Translations under genes and position numbers: made by a program
In this document: one piece after another, positions 24,227-34,292 of the stretch
Position numbering within the stretch: the first letter of the stretch is position 1
Layout of the letters: every line of letters starts with the position of its first letter
The notes under the pieces: model-generated
The model's input: only the letters and a program-made list of their open reading frames with translations
Database searches by the model: none
What the model was told of the DNA's origin: nothing
NCBI RefSeq assembly: GCF_001194135.2
Contig: NC_069000.1
Location: forward strand, 3,578,935 to 3,613,226
Length of the DNA: 34,292 nt
Reading direction: 5' to 3'
Origin: Octopus bimaculoides
Lineage: Eukaryota

Positions 24227-24253
24227 TAATAAAAATAATAATAATAATAATAG
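24139..24253. repeat. (TAT)n-(AAT)n inverted microsatellite (quasi-palindrome)
   Basis: The TAT run switches to AAT at 24191/24192. Confidence 0.95.
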
Positions 24254-24255
24254 TC

Positions 24256-24490
24256 GATAGAAATGACAGGTTAGCTTGGGAGGTTAGGCTGTTGTGGTCG
24301 AGGAAAAATGTGGCAGTAGTACCATTAACTGTCGGAGCCCTGGGAACAGTGAGAATTGCAAAATCCTGTGAAGCGCAATGATTCTGTGTGATTACCTGAC
24401 CAGACATCGAAGACGGGACATTGTTGTGGTGAATAAAAAAAAAATACGTATGATTATCGACATAGCATTCCCTTGTTACCACACGTGTTC
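24256..24490 (+). mobile_element. R4/Dong-type non-LTR retrotransposon RLE endonuclease remnants (two permuted pieces)
   Basis: 24256-24351: RLAWEVRLLWSRKNVAVVPLTVGALGTV (cf. LxxEIxRLW...VxVIPIVxGALG). 24351-24475 in another frame: ENCKIL*SAMILCDYLTRHRRRDIVVVNKKKIRMIIDIAFP (cf. KILWD..IQxD....RRPDIVhh.K....IIDhAhP, the RLE PD-(D/E)xK core). Confidence 0.8.
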
Positions 24491-24599
24491 GTTCATACGG
24501 TTGACCCTCCAATTTGTGGTCAAAGCTTGGTTTTTTGCATTGGTAGTATGGTGCTCTCAGTCATTTTCTTATGTTCTTTTCTTGAAGTAGTCCCTCCTG

Positions 24600-24655
24600 G
24601 GCAGAATTGTTTACGCGCCGGAAAAAAATCCATAGCAGCATTTCGTCCGTCTTTA
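24600..24655 (+). mobile_element. SINE-B head fragment (plus strand)
   Basis: GGCAGAATTGTTTACGCGCCGG...AGCAGCATTTCGTCCGTCTTTA is the reverse complement of the B head seen at 20913-20998. Confidence 0.7.
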
Positions 24656-25315
24656 ATTACCCTGCTGTTGACTATGCCTTTCCTCTTTTCTGTATCGATG
24701 AAATCCATTTGTCCCACCCCTCCAAATTTCAGACCTCATTCCTATATTAGAAGCGATTATTTTTACTTCATTTCTTACAGGTTTTATTATTTTTTCTAAG
24801 CCGTTCTTCAGCCCTGTCGAGTGATGTTGCAGCAATTTTATTCTAACGCAGTTTGCAGTTTCTGTTTCTAAACTTATAACCCGAAATATAATTCTTATGA
24901 AGATGACGTATGATTTGAGGATGATGGTGTTGCTATTTTTAGCAGAGTTTTTGGTCACCTATTTGTATTCACTAATTGGCTCGAAAATTAAATTTAGAGC
25001 GAGAAATCAATATCATATTTGCTTTTATTACGAAGCCCATTCCGTTATTATTTCAATGCTGAGCATAAATGAAGAATTATGATACTGGCGTTTGGGTTGT
25101 TTTGGGTTTCCAACAGATTACAAGCATAAATGATGTGCATGGAAATTATCAGAAGATCCAAATTAGATTTTAGTGTCATCATGTTCGGAGCGTGGATGTC
25201 AGTCTGTTACAAGAGTATTAAGAGAAGAAAAATTACCATCGAGGCTGAGATTAGTCAGAAACGCATATCACTAAATAAAAGATAAATGGGTTTATATATC
25301 TAATTATCCTATTTG

Positions 25316-25581
25316 TACTCCGAATGTAAAGGTAGACGGAGAATCGCGAAGCATTTTGCCTGGCGTACTAAAGAATCCGTCGACTTGTAGCCTTAAGTAT
25401 GTATTAATATCGGTTTCAAATTTTGGCACTAGGCCAGCAAGATCGAGGAATGACACAAGTCGATTACATCGAACCTGGATATTAACTGGTACTTATTTCA
25501 TCAACCCCGAAAGAAAGAAACAAAGAAAGAAAGAGAGGCAAGTCGACCTCGGCGAAATTTCAACACTGAACTAAAGACGGG

Positions 25582-25583
<2 letters not shown>
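25316..25583 (-). mobile_element. Two tandem SINE-B pieces
   Basis: A decayed head (about 25316-25392) is followed by AAATTTTGGCACTAGGCC...GTCGATTACATCGA...GGTACTTATTTCATCAACCCCGAAAG...GGCAAGTCGACCTCGGCGAAATTT. Confidence 0.8.
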
Positions 25584-25626
<43 letters not shown>

Positions 25627-25704
25627 TATCTTCACGCTGAACACCAAGATTTCAGATCGTGTCATTGTAAATGAATTAGATATTCTTCGTTCAGATCTAG
25701 TGAC

Positions 25705-25775
25705 CTTATTTCAAATTTTGGCACCGAACCTACAACTTCAGAAGGAGAGTGTTATTTGATTACATGCACCCGACC
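25705..25775 (-). mobile_element. SINE-B tail fragment
   Basis: TTTCAAATTTTGGCAC...TTGATTACATG, similar to the tail at about 25413-25470. Confidence 0.5.
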
Positions 25776-27575
25776 GAATTAGTGATCGAAACCTTTTTTC
25801 TTTTTTCTTTTTTATTTGGAGAGGTTAGCATCAAAAGGAAAAATTAAACCCATTTACCTATTTTAAAGATATTTCTTTTTGGAAGTCGTAGAGGTGAAAA
25901 GGTTTCTTGCCATCAATGGATGCGTCATTTAGAAACATCGTGTAACTAATTTTCGTTGATGCACATTGTGGATCTTTTCTATGTTCTAAAATTTCTAACA
26001 CTTTACGAATCTTGAAACGTTTATCAAGAAGCCATGAACAGGTTTGAAATTTTGCGATAATTAAATTAACCGTTAACAGGATTTTATTTAATGTAAATAT
26101 GCAGAGGTTAAGAATGGTGAAAATCGTGATTTAGGAATAAAGATTCCAAATTGGAAAATAGCCTGAGGAAATTTTAGTTTTCGGAAATAATGCAACTAAT
26201 CATAATGAGAATTTGGCTTAGTCAAGAAGTAGTGTGTGGTATATAAAAATGACGAACGTGAAAATACAAAGAAATGACCCACCAGTTTAAAGTGTTCTTT
26301 AATTATTATAATCCTTGCTTAACGATGGATCTCTCGATACATTTGTAGAGGAAATATATAGTCAGTACAAAGTGTTGATGTGACTACGTGTATGTTATTA
26401 CAATTGTTCATAAAGAGATGAAGAATAAATTCAAGAACTATGTATTTACTACATAAAATATATATTTTATATACTGGTCGATGATGATACATAATCAATA
26501 TGTAGAATCTAGTTGAAGGAAGTAATCTATGCAAAAAAGTTCAAGGATAGAACATGTAGAAATAACAGCTAAGTGGTGGTTTTCAGTTATGTGGCGTAGA
26601 GACATAGAGACATAGAGACATTTTTGTATGTATGTCTGTATGTATGTATGTGTGTATGTATGTATGTAAGTGTGTATGTATGTATGTATGTAGGAATGAA
26701 TGAAAGAATGACTAAATGAATACACGGGTGAGTGAGCACAAGACAGATAGTAACACTCAACACGATTTTAATAATTGTTTGACACAGCTTCACATGACTC
26801 AAGATTTGGCGGGTGCATGGCATCATCCGGTTGTAGGAGTATACTTACATATAGATATAGATTGATAGGAAGGTAGATCGAGTTACAGACAGTGTGGCAT
26901 ACAAGTATGAAAACGTCGTAATTTTCATTTTCTCGATTGCTTAACCTATTTTAATATATAGGGGAGGGCGTACAAGTATAAACACACACACGCACACACA
27001 CACACACACACATATCTATATATACGTATGTATATACAAAAGCCGGCATTTTCTTCGTAGATTGCTTGACGTTATTTTTATATTTTAACATCTTGTTTTA
27101 ATCATTTGATAACCCATTGTGTGTATATCCTATTTTCATAGCAAACATACATCTAGATAACGAATTCTACATTTCCTAATCTTATCGACCTAAACTTGGC
27201 TAATGATACAAGAATTATCAGCTGGTGTTGGAACGATATTTTCTTTTCTTTATATCTGTGATTTCAAAAGCATAACAAAATGACTAATCTACCACCACAT
27301 ACACACAAAAAAAAAAAAGAACTGCATGTGTAAGCCCAACCGCATTACTTTTTCCTTTTTACACATCTCGTTTTTATTCCCTTTTTGCATTCTCTCATTT
27401 GGAATATTCATTCCTGAATATATTTATATATTTATTCCATAACTTATTCACCACTATTGTATGATTTTATTTTTGTATATTTTGCTCTTGCACAGAACAC
27501 AAGGTAAAACAAAAAGAACTTGCTCATATATAAATCAATTATACAGCCCCTTCCAATCTTCTATAGATTTAAATG

Positions 27576-27623
<48 letters not shown>

Positions 27624-28449
27624 NNNNNNNNNNNNNNNNNNNNNNNNNNNNNNNNNNNNNNNNNNNNNNNNNNNNNNNNNNNNNNNNNNNNNNNNNNNNN
27701 NNNNNNNNNNNNNNNNNNNNNNNNNNNNNNNNNNNNNNNNNNNNNNNNNNNNNNNNNNNNNNNNNNNNNNNNNNNNNNNNNNNNNNNNNNNNNNNNNNNN
27801 NNNNNNNNNNNNNNNNNNNNNNNNNNNNNNNNNNNNNNNNNNNNNNNNNNNNNNNNNNNNNNNNNNNNNNNNNNNNNNNNNNNNNNNNNNNNNNNNNNNN
27901 NNNNNNNNNNNNNNNNNNNNNNNNNNNNNNNNNNNNNNNNNNNNNNNNNNNNNNNNNNNNNNNNNNNNNNNNNNNNNNNNNNNNNNNNNNNNNNNNNNNN
28001 NNNNNNNNNNNNNNNNNNNNNNNNNNNNNNNNNNNNNNNNNNNNNNNNNNNNNNNNNNNNNNNNNNNNNNNNNNNNNNNNNNNNNNNNNNNNNNNNNNNN
28101 NNNNNNNNNNNNNNNNNNNNNNNNNNNNNNNNNNNNNNNNNNNNNNNNNNNNNNNNNNNNNNNNNNNNNNNNNNNNNNNNNNNNNNNNNNNNNNNNNNNN
28201 NNNNNNNNNNNNNNNNNNNNNNNNNNNNNNNNNNNNNNNNNNNNNNNNNNNNNNNNNNNNNNNNNNNNNNNNNNNNNNNNNNNNNNNNNNNNNNNNNNNN
28301 NNNNNNNNNNNNNNNNNNNNNNNNNNNNNNNNNNNNNNNNNNNNNNNNNNNNNNNNNNNNNNNNNNNNNNNNNNNNNNNNNNNNNNNNNNNNNNNNNNNN
28401 NNNNNNNNNNNNNNNNNNNNNNNTATATATATATATCATAATTGTACAG

Positions 28450-28486
<37 letters not shown>

Positions 28487-28882
28487 TGTGTGCGGTGTCG
28501 GCAGATGTGCACAGTTGCAGATAAAAATATCGAAAACTCCGAAAGATCTGATTCGAAAAGGAAAATAACATGTTTTAACACCTACAGACCAGGAAATCAT
28601 GACTTTGCTATAAATTTCTTATCTCTATAATGGAATCTGTTACAATGGAATATTCTAGAGAAGTTAAAGAAAAATTGTCCTTTCAGCAGCATTTTATAAT
28701 TAATGCATGTAGAGTACAAAGATAACATAAAATAAAGAATTTCATAATACCATTCTGATTTGTGAACACGTGGGCAGGCATCACCAGATGTAGGGTAGAA
28801 ATAACTAACGAGACACTCGTGTCATATGACCTGAATCTCAGAGTTGGCATGGAGACATTCACTCGCCTAGTATTGTTTCTTA

Positions 28883-29165
28883 GGCGTAGGAGTAGCTGTG
28901 TGGTTAGTAGCTTTGTTACCAAACATATGGTTCCTGGTTCAGATCTTTGTGTGCGCATATGTTTGTGTGTCTGTGTTTGTCCACCCAACATCGCTTCACA
29001 ACCGATGCTAGTGTGTTTACGTCCCCGTAACGTAGCGGTTCCTCAAAAGGGGTCGATAGAATAAGTACTAGGCTTGCAAAGAATAAGTCCTGGGGTCGAT
29101 TTGATCGACAAAAGGCGGTGCTCCACCATGGCTACAGTCAAATGATTGAAACAATTAAAAAAGAA
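28883..29165 (+). mobile_element. SINE family A with internal deletion
   Basis: The head runs to GGTTCAG and then jumps to the TG microsatellite, lacking the roughly 100-nt core present in the other A copies. The 3' half is intact. Confidence 0.9.
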
Positions 29166-30267
29166 AAGAAAAGAAAAAAAGAATATATATATATATATAT
29201 ATATANNNNNNNNNNNNNNNNNNNNNNNNNNNNNNNNNNNNNNNNNNNNNNNNNNNNNNNNNNNNNNNNNNNNNNNNNNNNNNNNNNNNNNNNNNNNNNN
29301 NNNNNNNNNNNNNNNNNNNNNNNNNNNNNNNNNNNNNNNNNNNNNNNNNNNNNNNNNNNNNNNNNNNNNNNNNNNNNNNNNNNNNNNNNNCAATATGCTA
29401 TCTATTATTTTATTTCCACGCTTCTCTATTTCAAAGACAGTCATTCATTAGAACGGTTTCTTTTTCTCTACCATAATACTAAGAAATATACATAGTTTCA
29501 TATAAGAAAAGAAAAAGAAAGAAGCAAAAAAAAACCCCTCACAACACAACAACAATCATAAAAAATAATTATAACAACGATTAAAACACCACATACAAGA
29601 ACAGCAACAACCAAAGAAAAAGCAATAGCCGCATAAATAACAAGAAATATATATATAGATTTTTTGTTTTTAAATTGAATCATCAAAAAAATTTATTCAG
29701 TCGAGTAACAGGAAAATCAAAAACTCAAAGAGAAGATCGAAAAACAGACGAATTTTTCAAAGCGCTCCATCCAAATATCACCATATTTTCGATGCGGTAG
29801 AATTAAATACGATCGCAATATTTTGTATTCACACCTATCTTTTGAACTTACTAGTTTTCATTCAAGAGATGCTGAGCTTATTTTCTTTCCTTCTTTATTT
29901 CTTTATTTCTTTATTTCTTTATTTCTTTATTTCTTCCTTTCTTTCTTTGTTTCTATATACATTTTTTCTATTTATCTTATGTTGTTCTATAAAGAAGCTA
30001 CTTATCTCCAATATTTGTTTTTTGTACTTTTTTTTTACTCTCCCTTGTTCACATGTTGTATGACGTTTGAGGTTGCTTTGCTGTTTAAGATGTTTTTTAT
30101 GGCTTGTATGCGCATGTGCACGCGTCCGAGTGTGCATGCATGCGAGGGTATGTGAGTGTGTATGTGTATGTAAGTGGCTGTGTATTTGAGTGTGTATCTC
30201 CCTGTGTGCGCGTGTATGAGGAGTTTGTACGGAATAAGAAAACCAATTTGTAGATTTCTTATTCTCT

Positions 30268-30311
<44 letters not shown>

Positions 30312-30662
30312 NNNNNNNNNNNNNNNNNNNNNNNNNNNNNNNNNNNNNNNNNNNNNNNNNNNNNNNNNNNNNNNNNNNNNNNNNNNNNNNNNNNNNNNNN
30401 NNNNNNNNNNNNNNNNNNNNNNNNNNNNNNNNNNNNNNNNNNNNNNNNNNNNNNNNNNNNNNNNNNNNNNNNNNNNNNNNNNNNNNNNNNNNNNNNNNNN
30501 NNNNNNNNNNNNNNNNNNNNNNNNNNNNNNNNNNNNNNNNNNNNNNNNNNNNNNNNNNNNNNNNNNNNNNNNNNNNNNNNNNNNNNNNNNNNNNNNNNNN
30601 NNNNNNNNNNNNNNNNNNNNNNNNNNNNNNNNNNNNNNNNNNNNNNNNNNNNNNNNNNNNNN

Positions 30663-30704
<42 letters not shown>

Positions 30705-31505
30705 TTATTTATACACACACTCCACATCACTACTTATACAATATCTTTAATATTTCTTCTAACGTCTTATATATTTAGATATATATGCATGTGTGCCCGT
30801 ACGCACGCGCGTATCTGCATGTGTTTGTGTGTGTGTGTGTGTCTGTGTATGTATGTGTGTGTCCGTTTCACTCTTATAGTCTAAGAAAACACTAATCGGT
30901 TCTGTTTTTACTTTATCAACATCCTTTTGAAAAATTCTAATATAAAATTTAGTTTTTTCAATAGATTTGGTGGATCTGCTTTTTGTTTGGTCTTCTAATA
31001 TGTTTTGTTCTTGGAAGAGGTTCTATTGTTGATGTTGTTCCTATTGCCAATTCCTTTAGTGATAAGTGTTGTTGATATTTTTTCTCCTCGGTCTTGCTGC
31101 TGACGTTGCTACAGCTGCTGAAGGTGCTACAGCTGCTGCAGTTGTTGTATATATATGTGTGTGGTATTATATGTATTAAAATAAAGTATATCATATTTTA
31201 CCATCAAGGTTATTTCCATGACAACAACATCAAAGATTAATCTAGGTGTAGTCAGATATTAAAAACAAGAAAAAAGACACACATACGTAAATAAACAGAA
31301 ATACACGCACAGAAATATCTTGTATATTATATAAGTCTCTTTATATAATTTCATACATATAAATCAGATGTTTATTTCATATATAACTAAACACACACGC
31401 ACACACGCGCACACACGCACATATCTATTTATATGATACATACATATATGCATGTATGTTTATGTATATACAAATACACACACAAGCACATAAACACACA
31501 CACAC

Positions 31506-31551
<46 letters not shown>

Positions 31552-31619
31552 GCATTCCTTTTTCAGTTTAGGTTCAAATACACTAGAAAAGAACTTTGGG
31601 ATGCTTGAAGCTAAAGCAG

Positions 31620-31700
31620 AAGACGCTTTGCCCAAGGTGCCATGACCGAACCCGGAACCGTCTGGCCTGAATCAAACCTCTTACCACATAGTCACGCCTG
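31620..31700 (-). mobile_element. SINE-A head fragment (minus strand)
   Basis: TTGCCCAAGGTGCCA...GAACCCGGAACC...CTTACCACATAGTCACGCCTGC is the reverse complement of the SINE-A 5' end. Confidence 0.8.
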
Positions 31701-33685
31701 CAAGTATATGTATATATATATATATATATATATTACATTTACACAGAGTATAACTAAGTATCTACTTGTTACTTCAATGTATAGATCTTTTGCCTTCTAT
31801 TATTCTACAAATAATGCCTTCACCAGACTTCTTCTTGTTCAGCCATTATAGAAGATTTAACAAGAGTCCAGAATTATTCTTGAACATGCGACTATGCGTT
31901 CGGTGCAATATCTTTTTGAACTAGCCTTCTAATATGCCTATATTAGATTCGCTTCACACTGGTCTCTTGGCGGAGTTAAATGTTACCAACATCTCATAAA
32001 GCTCATACACGACGTAGAATTTCAAGTTTCGTTTAGTTAATGAGGTATGTTAATACCTTAAAATGAGCAGGCCATATCTGGAGGTTTATATATATATGTA
32101 TGTTTGTATTTTCATATATGTGGGGAACGTATACATACAATACATACATACATATANNNNNNNNNNNNNNNNNNNNNNNNNNNNNNNNNNNNNNNNNNNN
32201 NNNNNNNNNNNNNNNNNNNNNNNNNNNNNNNNNNNNNNNNNNNNNNNNNNNNNNNNNNNNNNNNNNNNNNNNNNNNNNNNNNNNNNNNNNNNNNNNNNNN
32301 NNNNNNNNNNNNNNNNNNNNNNNNNNNNNNNNNNNNNNNNNNNNNNNNNNNNNNNNNNNNNNNNNNNNNNNNNNNNNNNNNNNNNNNNNNNNNNNNNNNN
32401 NNNNNNNNNNNNNNNNNNNNNNNNNNNNNNNNNNNNNNNNNNNNNNNNNNNNNNNNNNNNNNNNNNNNNNNNNNNNNNNNNNNNNNNNNNNNNNNNNNNN
32501 NNNNNNNNNNNNNNNNNNNNNNNNNNNNNNNNNNNNNNNNNNNNNNNNNNNNNNNNNNNNNNNNNNNNNNNNNNNNNNNNNNNNNNNNNNNNNNNNNNNN
32601 NNNNNNNNNNNNNNNNNNNNNNNNNNNNNNNNNNNNNNNNNNNNNNNNNNNNNNNNNNNNNNNNNNNNNNNNNNNNNNNNNNNNNNNNNNNNNNNNNNNN
32701 NNNNNNNNNNNNNNNNNNNNNNNNNNNNNNNNNNNNNNNNNNNNNNNNNNNNNNNNNNNNNNNNNNNNNNNNNNNNNNNNNNNNNNNNNNNNNNNNNNNN
32801 NNNNNNNNNNNNNNNNNNNNNNNNNNNNNNNNNNNNNNNNNNNNNNNNNNNNNNNNNNNNNNNNNNNNNNNNNNNNNNNNNNNNNNNNNNNNNNNNNNNN
32901 NNNNNNNNNNNNNNNNNNNNNNNNNNNNNNNNNNNNNNNNNNNNNNNNNNNNNNNNNNNNNNNNNNNNNNNNNNNNNNNNNNNNNNNNNNNNNNNNNNNN
33001 NNNNNNNNNNNNNNNNNNNNNNNNNNNNNNNNNNNNNNNNNNNNNNNNNNNNNNNNNNNNNNNNNNNNNNNNNNNNNNNNNNNNNNNNNNNNNNNNNNNN
33101 NNNNNNNNNNNNNNTATATATATATATATATATATATATGATACATATATGCTCTATAACAAAGAAGAAAAAAAAAACAGGGATCCATTTGGATAGAAGC
33201 AGAAAAGACAGTCCAGATTAGAGAAAAAACGGTGAAAACTCGTTGAATGCCTGTTTTTTTTTTCTGTATCACGTGTAAGGCCTAAATAAGCAGTGGCCAT
33301 GACCCTAAATTATTCGGTTTGGGTCTTAGTATTCCTTATGGCAAACAGTTGTATTTTTTATACTAACACTCGATTCAGAGTCGCCATGTTTAACTATTAA
33401 ATAGACATTAGATATCTTTCAAGAGGTCTGCATTGCTGTAAAGCATAAATGTCTGGTTTCGTGTGTCCGTTCGTTTATCCACCAATCAGTCGATGAAGGA
33501 CGTTCTCTGGTGATAAAGCTTTTTTTTAAAATTATTTCTTAAATATAAATGTATGAAATACTAATTTGGTATTGAGTTCTTCACACTTTCAGTCAAGCAT
33601 CCCAAAACCAGTCAGATAATTTACTTAGTTACGAACGATTACCGCTAGGCTATTGAACAGAAATAGTTACCAATCAGTTATGGTT

Positions 33686-33689
33686 ACGC

Positions 33690-33766
<77 letters not shown>
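33686..33766. repeat. (TG)n microsatellite
   Basis: Long TG run. Confidence 0.98.
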
Positions 33767-33771
<5 letters not shown>

Positions 33772-34098
33772 CTATGTATCTCCTTACGAATGTGGCCAAA
33801 CACGCGCACATACACAATATATATGAATGTATATAAATACATACAAAACATATAGACACACAGACACCCATATACATACATATATACATATATGTACATG
33901 AATACACACACATATATATATATGTGTGTATATGCATCCATATTTATATATATATATGTGTCTGTGTGTGTGTATGTGTGTGTGCGTATTCACCAGGGAA
34001 ATTTTAGATATGAAAATACGCCACGTATATCATAATATTATAAATCGCAATTGGCAAATTAAATATTCTCTTTGCTTTTTTCTGTTATTTTGTTGTAG

Positions 34099-34188
34099 CT
34101 GTTGCAGTTCACTCAGATGGGTCTGGGGAAACCTGCCAGAGAGATGTTTACCGATCAGAGCGATGAGGATAGCAACCTGCTTCTCTAA
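34099..34188 (+). CDS. Candidate terminal coding exon (LLQFTQMGLGKPAREMFTDQSDEDSNLLL*)
   Basis: Very strong polypyrimidine acceptor (ctctttgcttttttctgttattttgttgtag) followed by a GC-richer island. Frame 0 gives a plausible C-terminus with TAA at 34186-34188. No upstream partner exon identified. Confidence 0.45.
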   Translation: MLQFTQMGLGKPAREMFTDQSDEDSNLLL

Positions 34189-34259
34189 CCAGCAGGGTGT
34201 CAACATTTGAAATAGAAAACAATGCGAAATGCATTGCCACTAGCATACATACATACATA

Positions 34260-34292
<33 letters not shown>

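Noticed and set aside
24777-24870. Minus-strand candidate exon (...HSTGLKNGLEKIIKP|gtaaga), vaguely like VWA alpha4
   Set aside because: The acceptor is ambiguous and the similarity is too weak to support.
28752-28831. Minus-strand candidate exon (SYDTSVSLVISTLHLVMPAHVFTNQN)
   Set aside because: Splice sites are mediocre and no motif is recognised.

Overview
This is AT-rich eukaryotic DNA, about 12% N-gaps, and mostly intronic or intergenic. It is dominated by microsatellites ((TA)n, (AAT)n, (GA)n, (TG)n, (TAGA)n) and three tRNA-derived SINE families, here called A, B and C. I recognise these families as typical of Octopus genomes, so the taxon is an inference. Almost every ORF in the supplied track is an artefact of N-runs or simple repeats. 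The credible host-gene signal is a few short minus-strand exons with canonical splice sites. Two of them (4798-4943 and 17575-17685) translate to segments resembling a von Willebrand factor A (VWA) domain, and they lie in an order that a single domain cannot explain. A candidate plus-strand terminal exon (34099-34188) ends in an acidic dileucine motif. Decayed mobile elements include an internally deleted mariner, a Tx1/L1-like LINE 3' end, an APE-endonuclease remnant, a hAT-type MITE containing a SINE, and a permuted R4/Dong-type RLE fragment next to (TAA)n. There is also a 31-bp-stem hairpin at 18757-18846. I found no CRISPR array, rRNA, true tRNA or intact autonomous element, and I cannot support a clearly new biological system. 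The best leads are the VWA-like gene and the hairpin.
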